Shown piece by piece: positions 18,213 to 26,454 of a DNA stretch of 64,000 bases; position 1 is the first letter of the stretch, and every line of letters starts with the position of its first letter. Both the position numbers and the translations under genes were made by a program. Origin of the DNA: an uncultured Anaerolineales bacterium (GTDB taxonomy: Bacteria; Chloroflexota; Anaerolineae; Anaerolineales; UBA11858); contig CAZVIH010000066.1 in NCBI GenBank assembly GCA_964627755.1, positions 10,501 through 74,500 on the forward strand. The letters run 5' to 3'. The notes under the pieces are model-generated. The model saw only the letters and a list, made by a program, of their open reading frames with translations, was not told the DNA's origin and ran no database searches.

Positions 18213-19355
18213 ATGACGAAAAAATTCCGGGTGTTGATTGTTGACGATCACCAGGAAATTCGTACTGTTTTACGTGCGAACCTGGAAACCCTGGACCTAG
18301 ACCTTGATTTGGTGGATGTACCCTCTGGTGAGGAAGCCATTGTTGAGGTTGTTGGGACAGGGATTGATCTGTTAATAGCAGATGTAGGGCTTCCCGGATT
18401 ATCTGGTTTAGAGTTAGTCAGGAAGCTAAAAACTACTTATAAAGAGATGCAGGTTATTATCATCACCGGACTGGATGATGAAGATGTGCATCAAGAAATT
18501 GCTAACCTTGATCCAGAGGGTTTTTTCCGAAAGCCACTCAAAATGCCAGAATTCTTAAATGCAGTCCGCAAGACTATGGGACTGGATCCGGTTGAGGATG
18601 ATCCAGAAGAATTGATCAAATTGACGAAAAAGAACCTCCATCCGGATGTGACAGATAGGATCGCTGATCTGCGGGGGGAATTGGGCGCTATATCTATCAT
18701 GGTGATTGAGTCTAGCGGAGTGATTGCCGCTGAAACTGGCATAGTGCCTGATACGGTTTATGAATCCCATGTTATGCCCTTGCTGCTGAATACTTTTAAA
18801 ACCACCAATAAAATTTCCTATTACCTTGGCAATGAATCTCCTGAAAGTGTCTGGTATTTCTCTGGAGATAAATATGATTTGTTTTGGTCCCAAATTAACT
18901 CCAGTTACGGGATGACCATCATAACAAACCCGATTACTCAGAATAACGATTTGACCTGGGTGTTGACCACGGTAGATCTTGCCATTCAGGAAGTGACCGA
19001 GATCATTGAAGGATTGGTCGATAATCCAAGAACGGCAGCAAAATCAGAGAATACAACGAAAACCAACCCTGCGACTGCCAATAAAATTTCCTCTGAGGCT
19101 ACCAAAGCAGAACTTCCCCAGGAAGCTCCCAAGGGATCCAATGGCTCCGCAAAGAAAGAAACTAACTCCACAGTCAAAAAGAGCCCGGCAAGAGAAAAGG
19201 AACCTGTAAGTATTCCTGAAAAAGAAACTGAAATCCATGATTTCTGGAAAGCTGCCACGTTGGAAGAGGAAATTACCAGGATTGACAGTCCGGATTCCCT
19301 CTCTTTTGAACAGGCCCAGAAGCTTGGTTTTATCCCTGGTGGGGATGCATTATAG
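18213..19355 (+). CDS. response-regulator receiver protein with non-DNA-binding C-terminal region (possible Roadblock/LC7-like module plus disordered tail)
   Basis: REC motifs VLIVDDH, DLLIADVGLPGLSG, IIITG and FFRKP. The middle segment GAISIMVIESSGVIAAETG resembles Roadblock/LC7. K/E/P/T/S-rich tail. Confidence 0.8.
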   Translation: MTKKFRVLIVDDHQEIRTVLRANLETLDLDLDLVDVPSGEEAIVEVVGTGIDLLIADVGLPGLSGLELVRKLKTTYKEMQVIIITGLDDEDVHQEIANLDPEGFFRKPLKMPEFLNAVRKTMGLDPVEDDPEELIKLTKKNLHPDVTDRIADLRGELGAISIMVIESSGVIAAETGIVPDTVYESHVMPLLLNTFKTTNKISYYLGNESPESVWYFSGDKYDLFWSQINSSYGMTIITNPITQNNDLTWVLTTVDLAIQEVTEIIEGLVDNPRTAAKSENTTKTNPATANKISSEATKAELPQEAPKGSNGSAKKETNSTVKKSPAREKEPVSIPEKETEIHDFWKAATLEEEITRIDSPDSLSFEQAQKLGFIPGGDAL

Positions 19356-19395
19356 TTCCCAAAAAACCCATCTCTGCGTTGTAAATTCATCTCCA

Positions 19396-19424
19396 TTGCC
19401 ACAAAAAAAGTCCTATGATACAAT
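19396..19424 (+). promoter_or_regulatory. tRNA-Gln promoter (TTGCCA-17-TGaTACAAT)
   Basis: TTGCCA at 19396-19401, 17-nt spacer, extended -10 TGATACAAT at 19416-19424, 14 nt before the mature tRNA 5' end. Confidence 0.55.
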
Positions 19425-19438
19425 GCCTTGGCTGACGT

Positions 19439-19509
19439 TGGGGAGTGGTGCAATGGCAGCACAGAGGCCTTTGGAGCCTTTGATCTTGGTTCGAGTCCAG
19501 GCTCCCCAG
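19439..19509 (+). tRNA. tRNA-Gln (anticodon TTG)
   Basis: Hand-folded cloverleaf. Acceptor TGGGGAG/CTCCCCA (U1-A72), D arm GTGC/GCAC, anticodon arm GAGGC-CTTTGGA-GCCTT, T arm CTTGG-TTCGAGT-CCAGG, discriminator G. No encoded CCA. Confidence 0.9.
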
Positions 19510-19581
19510 CTTACCTTTCCTATTGAAAAATAAAATATACCAAGACTCTCCTGAATAATAATAATGGAAAATTATCCCTTT

Positions 19582-19624
19582 AGCGAGCCAGGACTAACCC
19601 CGATGTCCCGCTCGCTGAATTTTT
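19582..19624 (+). terminator. possible terminator after tRNA-Gln
   Basis: AGCGAGC (19582-19588) and GCTCGCT (19610-19616) with a 21-nt loop, then gaaTTTTT. Confidence 0.35.
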
Positions 19625-19652
19625 AGTCCGACACTATCATTGAGGATTATCT

Positions 19653-21002
19653 ATGACCATAGACGTTGTGATTTTAGCAGCTGGAAAAGGTACACGGATG
19701 GTATCCGATCTCCCCAAACCCCTGCACCTACTGCTGGGAAGACCTCTCATCACCTATGTTGTTAATACTGCTGCTCCATTGGCTGAAAAACCTCCAGTGA
19801 TCGTTATTGGCCATGGGGGTGAGAAAATCAAGGATACTTTGGGAGATCAATTGAGGTATGCAGTTCAGGATGAATTATTAGGAACAGGCCATGCAGTGCA
19901 GCAAGCGGAAAAAATCCTTGGTGGTAAATCTGACCTGATCCTGGTCCTTTATGGGGATATGCCTCTGGTAACAACACAAACCCTGGAGAGCCTGATCCAG
20001 ACCCAGAAATCCAATTCTGGTCCGCTGACCCTGTTAACGCTAATGGAAGATAATCCCCGTGGATTTGGCCGGATCAGCCGAGACTCTTCTGGAAAGATAA
20101 AAAAGATTGTTGAAGAAGCAGATGCAAATCCGGAACAGATGGAGATTAAAGAACTCAATGCGGGCATGTATTGTTTTAAATCGGACTGGTTATGGACCTC
20201 CCTGAAAAAATTGACTCCATCAGCAAGTGGGGAATATTATCTGACTGATCTGGTTGAATTGGCGGCAAGTGAAGGGCATCAGGTTTCCTCGGTGCAGATA
20301 AAGGACCCTGATGAATTGATTGGTATCAATACCCGGATCCACCTGGCAGAAACAGGCAGGATTCTGCGTTTGAGGATCAATCAGAAATGGATGCTTGCTG
20401 GTGTGAGCATACTAGATCCATTATCAACTTATATAGATCCGGAGGTGATCATTGGCCAAGATACAGTCATCTTGCCAAATACTTACCTGCAAAAAGATAC
20501 AATCATTGGCAAAGAATGTATTATTGGGCCCGGAACCCGGATTTTCAGGAGCCAGGTAGGTGATGGGTGCGAAATTGAATTTTCTGTTGTGGAAGAATCT
20601 CGAATTGAGGATGGAGTTGATATTGGCCCCTTCAGTCATTTACGCAAGGGAGCCCACTTAGGACCTGGAGTTCATGTCGGGAATTTTGGAGAAATCAAAG
20701 ACTCCTACCTGGGAGAAGGATCTAAGATGGGGCATTTCTCTTATATTGGAAATACTCAGATTGGAAAAGATGTGAATATTGGAGCCGGGACAATCACCTG
20801 TAATTACGACGGTGAGAAAAAACATCAAACGGTCATCCATGATGGTGTGTTTATAGGTAGTGATACGATGTTGGTAGCTCCGATTGAGATCGGCGAAAAT
20901 GCCAGTACCGGAGCAGGATCTGTAGTAACAAAGGATGTTCCACCAGATACAGTAGTTGCTGGAGTGCCTGCCCGCCAGATCCGGAAAAAGGATAAGAAGT
21001 AA
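19653..21002 (+). CDS. glmU: bifunctional UDP-N-acetylglucosamine pyrophosphorylase / glucosamine-1-phosphate N-acetyltransferase
   Basis: VILAAGKGTRM, YGDMPL, LNAGMY, then left-handed beta-helix hexapeptide repeats. GAGGA SD. Confidence 0.95.
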   Translation: MTIDVVILAAGKGTRMVSDLPKPLHLLLGRPLITYVVNTAAPLAEKPPVIVIGHGGEKIKDTLGDQLRYAVQDELLGTGHAVQQAEKILGGKSDLILVLYGDMPLVTTQTLESLIQTQKSNSGPLTLLTLMEDNPRGFGRISRDSSGKIKKIVEEADANPEQMEIKELNAGMYCFKSDWLWTSLKKLTPSASGEYYLTDLVELAASEGHQVSSVQIKDPDELIGINTRIHLAETGRILRLRINQKWMLAGVSILDPLSTYIDPEVIIGQDTVILPNTYLQKDTIIGKECIIGPGTRIFRSQVGDGCEIEFSVVEESRIEDGVDIGPFSHLRKGAHLGPGVHVGNFGEIKDSYLGEGSKMGHFSYIGNTQIGKDVNIGAGTITCNYDGEKKHQTVIHDGVFIGSDTMLVAPIEIGENASTGAGSVVTKDVPPDTVVAGVPARQIRKKDKK

Positions 21003-21113
21003 TTAATCTTCTTCTATTCCCAGAGAGAAGTAGTACAATTCTGGAGTTTGCAAAGCTAAAGGCATGGACTACCCAAACGACAGATTTAATGGATGATGAG
21101 GAGAGAATTCATC

Positions 21114-21521
21114 ATGACCCTGACTGAAGAGAAAAAACAGGAATTAATCAAGGCAGCTAACCAGGTCAGAGATAAAGCTTATGCGCCTTATTCCAATTAC
21201 CGTGTTGGAGCAGCGTTATTAACAAAAACCGGTAAGATATTTCTGGGTGTTAATGTTGAAAATGCAGCGTATCCAGATACTATCTGCGCCGAGCGGTCAG
21301 CAGTCGTAAGTGCTGTTAGCGCCGGTGAGCGCGATTTCGAAGCTATAGCAGTAGCAACCCATAATGGTGGTACACCCTGCGGGTCCTGCCGCCAGGTCTT
21401 GGCAGAATTTGGACTAGATATTGAAGTGCTTCTGGTAGATGAAGGCGGCACTCTGGTCCAGCAAAATACTGTCCGGGATTTACTCCCCGGCGCGTTTCAG
21501 CCGCAAGATCTGTCCGATTAG
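21114..21521 (+). CDS. cdd: cytidine deaminase
   Basis: Zinc motifs CAERSAV and PCGSCRQ. ATG 21114 lies 8 nt after GAGGAGAG, so the track start at 21093 is rejected. Confidence 0.9.
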   Translation: MTLTEEKKQELIKAANQVRDKAYAPYSNYRVGAALLTKTGKIFLGVNVENAAYPDTICAERSAVVSAVSAGERDFEAIAVATHNGGTPCGSCRQVLAEFGLDIEVLLVDEGGTLVQQNTVRDLLPGAFQPQDLSD

Positions 21522-21525
21522 GGGA

Positions 21526-22746
21526 TTACCAGTTCGGCCGTGGTGTTGGGATTAAAATCACAGTTTCGATGATCCAACCATCCTGTTCCACACCGTCTTC
21601 ATCTTTATAACGGATTTTTATCCACGAACGGCCATCTGCATCATAGGCTGGAGATGGATCAAGAACCTCTATCATGGTACCGTTGATGAGAGAGGTCAAT
21701 CTTTGGCTATCAAAACTTGGTTCCTTGCGAACAAGGGCTCCGCCAAACTCCTCGGCAGCAGAAATTTCGCCGTAGATCGGGGTTGGTTCCGGAGTAATCG
21801 TGCTGGTCTCTGTGGGCAGAGGAGTAAAGGTGGCTGTTGGCACTGTGGGAGTTAGTGAGGGAGTGGGGGGGATAGGGGTCTCTGTGGCAGTGGCAGTAGG
21901 AGGCGCTGGCGTTCCTGTCAGAGTTGCGGTAGGTTCAAGGGTAGGCATGGCGATCTTCCCTCCAACGACAGCACCTGCGCTGCTTAAACCAATTACACCC
22001 AGAATGCTCAAGATCGCAACCAGGCTGCCCAGCGTATAACCAATGAATTTCAGGGGTTTAATACCTAGCAGTATAAATACCACTGTTCCGGTGATGGCTA
22101 CCACTGCCAGGTGGATGCCAAACAAGACCAGTCCATCCGGCCAGAGATGAGGTTGTCCGCTGCCAAATCCAAACCCAGCAATTGCCAGAGGTACATAGAG
22201 CTCGTATGCAATGGCAACACTGGGTAAAACCGGGGTCTGGCCCTTTTTTTTCAATGAGATCACCGCCAGGATAGTTCCGGCCATTAACAAAGCTATATGA
22301 GTCCAGGATATCCGGGCATTGTAAATCAGGAACTGCACATTTGGGGTTTTAAGGACAAAGGTTGCATATCCTCCCAGAATGCCCACCAGAAATACAAACC
22401 CACCTGCTACCAGGGAGCCAGCCAACCTCTGGCTGAAGAACTTGAGCGATCCAGTCGCTGTGCCCAGGGAGATCCCAATAAAGGGAGCCATGACGGGGGC
22501 AGTGAGAGCGCCCAATACCAATAGAGCAGGAGAATCAGCCAGAATGCTGGCTGTGATGATAGCTGCAGACAGGATAGAAAAGAGGAAAAAATCAAATGAG
22601 GGAATGGTTTTATGGGCCAGATTCTCAATATCATCTGCGATTTCAATCAGGTCTTCCGGTATTAATCCTCGGTCTGCTCGCCGTCGTCGGGCTGGGGTCA
22701 GATCTTCTGGATCATCAGGGATTTGATCTGTTTTCGGAATTGGCAT
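21526..22746 (-). CDS. polytopic membrane protein (DUF389-like?) with Pro/Thr-rich linker and C-terminal SH3b-like domain
   Basis: About 7 TM helices, a PT-rich stretch (TPAPPTATATETPIPPTPSLTPTVPT), then an SH3-like end (GALVRKEPS, WIKIRY). The family call is tentative. Confidence 0.55.
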   Translation of the reverse strand: MPIPKTDQIPDDPEDLTPARRRRADRGLIPEDLIEIADDIENLAHKTIPSFDFFLFSILSAAIITASILADSPALLVLGALTAPVMAPFIGISLGTATGSLKFFSQRLAGSLVAGGFVFLVGILGGYATFVLKTPNVQFLIYNARISWTHIALLMAGTILAVISLKKKGQTPVLPSVAIAYELYVPLAIAGFGFGSGQPHLWPDGLVLFGIHLAVVAITGTVVFILLGIKPLKFIGYTLGSLVAILSILGVIGLSSAGAVVGGKIAMPTLEPTATLTGTPAPPTATATETPIPPTPSLTPTVPTATFTPLPTETSTITPEPTPIYGEISAAEEFGGALVRKEPSFDSQRLTSLINGTMIEVLDPSPAYDADGRSWIKIRYKDEDGVEQDGWIIETVILIPTPRPNW

Positions 22747-22762
22747 AGGTTTACCTGTCTGG

Positions 22763-23233
22763 TTAATTTCTCAAGCTTGCTTTAAGTCGGGTTGGATTTA
22801 ATAATATATCGATGGCAGATTGGATATCGGGAACAACAAGATCAGAACTTAGCATCGTTTCCAGGGCAGAACCTTCTGCAGATAGGATGCAGATCCCTAT
22901 CAAGGCAGATTTTAACATTAGGGAATCATTTGCTCCCTGGCCGACAGCAACAGTATTTTTTGCGCCAAGATTTTCCACATAATCTGCTTTTTGGCGAGCC
23001 TCATCTCCAGCCCTGATTCGGTCGGCTTTGAGGTTTAGAATACTATCGATCTCAGCCTGTTTTCCGTGGGTGTCTGCGGTAAGAATATGGATTTCCAGAT
23101 AGTCTTTAAGTCTGTTAAGCAGATCCGGAACTCCAGGCAGGAGCTGGCCATCAACAGCCAACGTACCATTTACGTCAAACACCACGTATTTCAGTTCTAT
23201 CTCACCTTTTCCGGGAATTGTTACTTTTATCAT
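22763..23233 (-). CDS. HAD-superfamily hydrolase, soluble P-type-ATPase-like (COG4087-like)
   Basis: VFDVNGTLA (DxxGT motif I), ILTADTHG and GQGANDSLMLKSA (motif IV). Confidence 0.65.
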   Translation of the reverse strand: MIKVTIPGKGEIELKYVVFDVNGTLAVDGQLLPGVPDLLNRLKDYLEIHILTADTHGKQAEIDSILNLKADRIRAGDEARQKADYVENLGAKNTVAVGQGANDSLMLKSALIGICILSAEGSALETMLSSDLVVPDIQSAIDILLNPTRLKASLRN

Positions 23234-23241
23234 GAAGTTTA

Positions 23242-23247
23242 ATTATA
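23242..23247 (-). promoter_or_regulatory. -10 box TATAAT 8 nt upstream of ATG 23233; leaderless candidate
   Basis: Minus strand reads TATAAT-taaacttc-ATG. No SD. Confidence 0.4.
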
Positions 23248-23315
23248 CTAGAAAGAGAACAGACCCAGAAAAGTAGTAAAATAAACCCAAATTAGTATTA
23301 ACCGAGGAGTTAGCT

Positions 23316-24359
23316 TTGAAAAAAAATAGAGCCATTATTTGGCTTCTTGTGATCCTGCTAGTACTGACCGGATGTGGGGCCAGAACTGAGAATACAGATT
23401 CCCCGGAAGATGAGACAATCACAGTTGTTCCAGAAACAGAGATTGCTCCCATAGGTACTCCAACTCCGCTAGCCCCGGTAGGTGTCCTGCTAACGCCTCC
23501 AGGATCGGACCAGGGTTTGGTTGACGAACTAAATCCAATCATAGGTGGTTATATCCGGGATTTGGGATTACGTTTCCAGGTGTTATCGAATTTAACTCCA
23601 GATAATTTTCAGCAGGATGATTATCAAATAGTGGTTGTCTTGGCACCCTTCCCAGAACTCCAGACCCTGGCTGAATTTGCTCCCGATACAAAATTCCTTG
23701 CGGTTGGGTTTAACGACTTAGTTCCCGGAGCGAATCTAAGTATATTGCGTTCAGGAGGGGGGGACTTTGATGTGCAGGGATTTATCGCTGGTTATATTGC
23801 TGCCCTGATCACAGATGACTGGAGAGTAGGGGCACTCAGCGTTCAGGAGAATCCTGATGCTCTGGCGGCCAGGGACGGATTCAGAACGGGCGTGAAATAT
23901 TACTGCGGTTTATGTAATCCCAAATATTCTCCAACAGGAATTAATTATCTATATCCCAAATATATTGATCTGCCGGTTGATGCGACAGATCTGGATATCT
24001 CTGCCAATGTTGATTTCCTGGTAGACCGAGCTGTAAATACATTTTATATTGTTCCGGGTGTTGGAACTCCGTTAATTTATAACATGCTGGTCGCTTATGG
24101 AAAAAATATAATCGGCCCGGGCAGTGATTACCAGGAGGAATACAAGGATAACTGGGTGGTATCACTTGAATATAACTTGCTGGCGGCAGTTGAGGAGTTC
24201 TGGCCGCTCTTTATTGAAGCTGATGGTGGGCTTGAACATATTCCCCCCTTACTTCTTACGGACATTAATTATGATCTGTTGAGTGAAGGGAAACTGATCC
24301 TGGCGGAGAAGATCCTGGAAGAGGTCAGCAGTGGTTATATAAAAACAAGCTATGAATGA
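23316..24359 (+). CDS. lipoprotein, BMP/PnrA-like periplasmic-binding fold (tentative)
   Basis: TTG start 6 nt after GAGGAG. Lipobox VLTGCG. GFIAGYIAALIT and GFRTGVKYY blocks resemble BMP-family SBPs. No transporter genes adjacent. Confidence 0.55.
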   Translation: MKKNRAIIWLLVILLVLTGCGARTENTDSPEDETITVVPETEIAPIGTPTPLAPVGVLLTPPGSDQGLVDELNPIIGGYIRDLGLRFQVLSNLTPDNFQQDDYQIVVVLAPFPELQTLAEFAPDTKFLAVGFNDLVPGANLSILRSGGGDFDVQGFIAGYIAALITDDWRVGALSVQENPDALAARDGFRTGVKYYCGLCNPKYSPTGINYLYPKYIDLPVDATDLDISANVDFLVDRAVNTFYIVPGVGTPLIYNMLVAYGKNIIGPGSDYQEEYKDNWVVSLEYNLLAAVEEFWPLFIEADGGLEHIPPLLLTDINYDLLSEGKLILAEKILEEVSSGYIKTSYE

Positions 24360-24380
24360 TTTCTTGATTTAACGATCAGG

Positions 24381-24418
24381 TTTTTGACCCGGGTATCCTT
24401 ATCAACCCGGGTCTTTTT
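24381..24418. terminator. bidirectional intrinsic terminator
   Basis: GACCCGGGT (24386-24394) and ACCCGGGTC (24405-24413), flanked by T5 on both sides. Lies between convergent genes. Confidence 0.65.
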
Positions 24419-24426
24419 ATAACGGA

Positions 24427-24681
24427 TTAGAGCTTTTCTTTTGCCAGGTCGTCAAAACCCAGACTTTTTAACACAACATAGAGGGACCGCTGGCGGGAAT
24501 CAATAAATATTGTTCTAACCCGATCCAGAGCAGCTTTTTTCTCTTTGCGGTCTTTGGAGAAGATGCCTGGTTTTTTTACTTCTTCCAGATAATCAGCGGC
24601 CAAAGCGACATCATCCCCGGCTTGTTCCAGGGCTTGAAGGGTGTATTGTTTCAAGTATTGTAAAAATAGTTTTTGGTTCAT
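24427..24681 (-). CDS. small helical hypothetical protein downstream of murJ
   Basis: 84-aa ORF starting 9 nt after the murJ stop. No recognisable motif. Confidence 0.4.
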   Translation of the reverse strand: MNQKLFLQYLKQYTLQALEQAGDDVALAADYLEEVKKPGIFSKDRKEKKAALDRVRTIFIDSRQRSLYVVLKSLGFDDLAKEKL

Positions 24682-24689
24682 AGTATGTC

Positions 24690-26228
24690 CTAGATTTTTA
24701 AGAGGTCTCTAATTTCAGGAAGCAGCCAGGGAATGATCTGAGCCGAAGCAAGCAATATTATCAGGCTTGCAAACACTACACCAGCGATGGTTGATTGAGG
24801 TACTCCGAGAATATTCTGCAATACAACGCTTAATCCGATCCCTACCAGGCTGGCTCCCAGTGCCCGGAGCAAGGTTCCTGTTAATTTTGGATGAAAGGGC
24901 ATGATCCTGTACAACAAGAAAAATAGCAGCAGCGTTTCTCCAGTATAAGCGAGAGAGTTTGCCAGGCCGATTCCTGGGGCGTCCAATTGGCGGGAGAGAG
25001 GAACCGCCAGGATCAGGAATGTTACCGAAGCGACTCCAGAAGCCAGCAAAGGTGTTTTAGCGTCCTGCTGGGCGTAAAAGGCCCTTGCAGAGACTTCTAG
25101 TAAGGAATGACCGACAAGCCCTACCAGATAAGCCCGAACCGTCCATAAGACCAGATTTGTGCCAGCTGTATCAAATCCCAGGAGAATGATAACAGGCTTG
25201 AGATTCACAGCCAGGATCACCGCGATTGGAATTGTTAAACCGGTGATGACCCGGATGGTTTTTTCAAGGGTTGAACGGTAGCCCGCTGAATCCCCGCTTG
25301 TGATCTGCTCAGAAAGTGTAGGGAGTAAAGCGGTACCCAGCGCTGTGCCTATCAAGGATTCAGGCAGCTGCATAAATAGCCAGCCGTACACCAGAGCTGT
25401 TACTGATCCCGTTGGCAATCTGGAGGCCAGGTTATCCTGTATTATAAAGACAAGTTGAATGAAAAATACCGTTAAGACACGGGGTCCCATCAAGCCGAGC
25501 ACCCGTAATACTCCAGGATCTTTGAGATTTAATTTTGGCTGCCAGCGGAAGCCGAATTTAAACAAAGCTGGAAGTTGGATCAATAAGAACAAAAGAGCTC
25601 CGAGAATAACACCGTATACAAGACCGTAGATACCGAGGTTATAGGCTGGTAATGTGATTGGCCCGATTTCAAAGCCCTTTTCCGGGGCCAGAATCAGGAT
25701 CCCAAACAGGGAGCCAATATCATACATGCTGGGAGCCAAGGCAGGTATAAGGAAATGTTGCTGGGCTTGCAGCCCGGCAATCGCCAACCCCCCAAGTGAA
25801 AACAACAGCGTGGCAATTAGGTTTAACCGCATCAGATCGGTCACAAGGAGCTTCTGGTCAGCAGAAAAACCGGGTGCTATACCGATCTCGATCGAAACCA
25901 ATTGTTTTGCGCTAAGAGCGATCAGGATTGATACCACTGCAGTGACCAGGAACACACCATTAGTGACCTGGGAGAATAAACCCCACGTATCTGATTTTGG
26001 TTTGGTTTCCCTGTATTCTGACAGGATTGGAATGAACGCCATTGCCAAAGCACCGCCTGATATCAAGGCGAATACCAGATCCGGGATGTTATTGGCGGCA
26101 TTGAATGCATCCAGTTCAGTCGAAAGGTTAAAGGTCTGAGCGATGATGACATTGCGGATGAAACCAAGGGCTTTTTCCAGGCCAAAAAAGACTGCTATGA
26201 TCAAGGTTGACCGGGCGATGTGTTTCAT
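24690..26228 (-). CDS. murJ: lipid II flippase MurJ (MviN family)
   Basis: About 14-TM protein with the MurJ N-terminus (GLEKALGFIRNVIIAQTFNLSTELDAFNAANNIPD). Confidence 0.9.
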   Translation of the reverse strand: MKHIARSTLIIAVFFGLEKALGFIRNVIIAQTFNLSTELDAFNAANNIPDLVFALISGGALAMAFIPILSEYRETKPKSDTWGLFSQVTNGVFLVTAVVSILIALSAKQLVSIEIGIAPGFSADQKLLVTDLMRLNLIATLLFSLGGLAIAGLQAQQHFLIPALAPSMYDIGSLFGILILAPEKGFEIGPITLPAYNLGIYGLVYGVILGALLFLLIQLPALFKFGFRWQPKLNLKDPGVLRVLGLMGPRVLTVFFIQLVFIIQDNLASRLPTGSVTALVYGWLFMQLPESLIGTALGTALLPTLSEQITSGDSAGYRSTLEKTIRVITGLTIPIAVILAVNLKPVIILLGFDTAGTNLVLWTVRAYLVGLVGHSLLEVSARAFYAQQDAKTPLLASGVASVTFLILAVPLSRQLDAPGIGLANSLAYTGETLLLFFLLYRIMPFHPKLTGTLLRALGASLVGIGLSVVLQNILGVPQSTIAGVVFASLIILLASAQIIPWLLPEIRDLLKI

Positions 26229-26234
26229 GATGGG

Positions 26235-26243
26235 AGTATAGCA
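26235..26243 (-). promoter_or_regulatory. extended -10 (TGCTATACT) 6 nt upstream of murJ ATG; leaderless candidate
   Basis: Minus strand reads TGCTATACT-cccatc-ATG. No SD. Confidence 0.5.
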
Positions 26244-26384
26244 TATTTGCTTGCCCCCAACCTTCTGGAAGGAGACCGGAAGCCCCAGTCCACGAGCAGC
26301 TCGACTATTCCCTCAATACCGCTCGCCGTCCACTCGATGATTCGTTTGATAGAGGGTACTTTCCTTTTGATTTACAGGGTTCAG

Positions 26385-26393
26385 TGGTAAGAT
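26385..26393 (+). promoter_or_regulatory. extended -10 (TGGTAAGAT), candidate promoter of the adenosine kinase-ahcY operon
   Basis: TGnTAAGAT about 60 nt upstream of ATG 26455. TTGATT lies at 26367-26372, but the spacing is only 15 nt. Confidence 0.4.
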
Positions 26394-26454
26394 ATAACTT
26401 GATTTAATCCAGAATTTCCTGGTATTAAAGTGGAACAAGGGATAAAAAGGAATT

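Noticed and set aside
18986-19462. 158-aa minus-strand ORF
   Set aside because: It is antisense to the low-complexity tail of the response-regulator gene and overlaps tRNA-Gln and its promoter. It is a shadow ORF.
23316-23335. A8 homopolymer right after the TTG start of the BMP-like lipoprotein gene, as a possible phase-variation tract
   Set aside because: It simply encodes the Lys-Lys-Asn of a signal-peptide n-region. Such runs are common, and 8 nt is short for slippage-based switching.
25654-26139. 161-aa + strand ORF inside murJ
   Set aside because: It is antisense to a strongly supported 14-TM MurJ gene, with an Arg/Ser/Ala-rich translation and no SD.
26229-26454. Possible SAH riboswitch upstream of the adenosine kinase-ahcY operon
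   Set aside because: I could not find the conserved SAH-element core or its pseudoknot arrangement on either strand. It is kept only as an unexplained GC-rich spacer in the findings.
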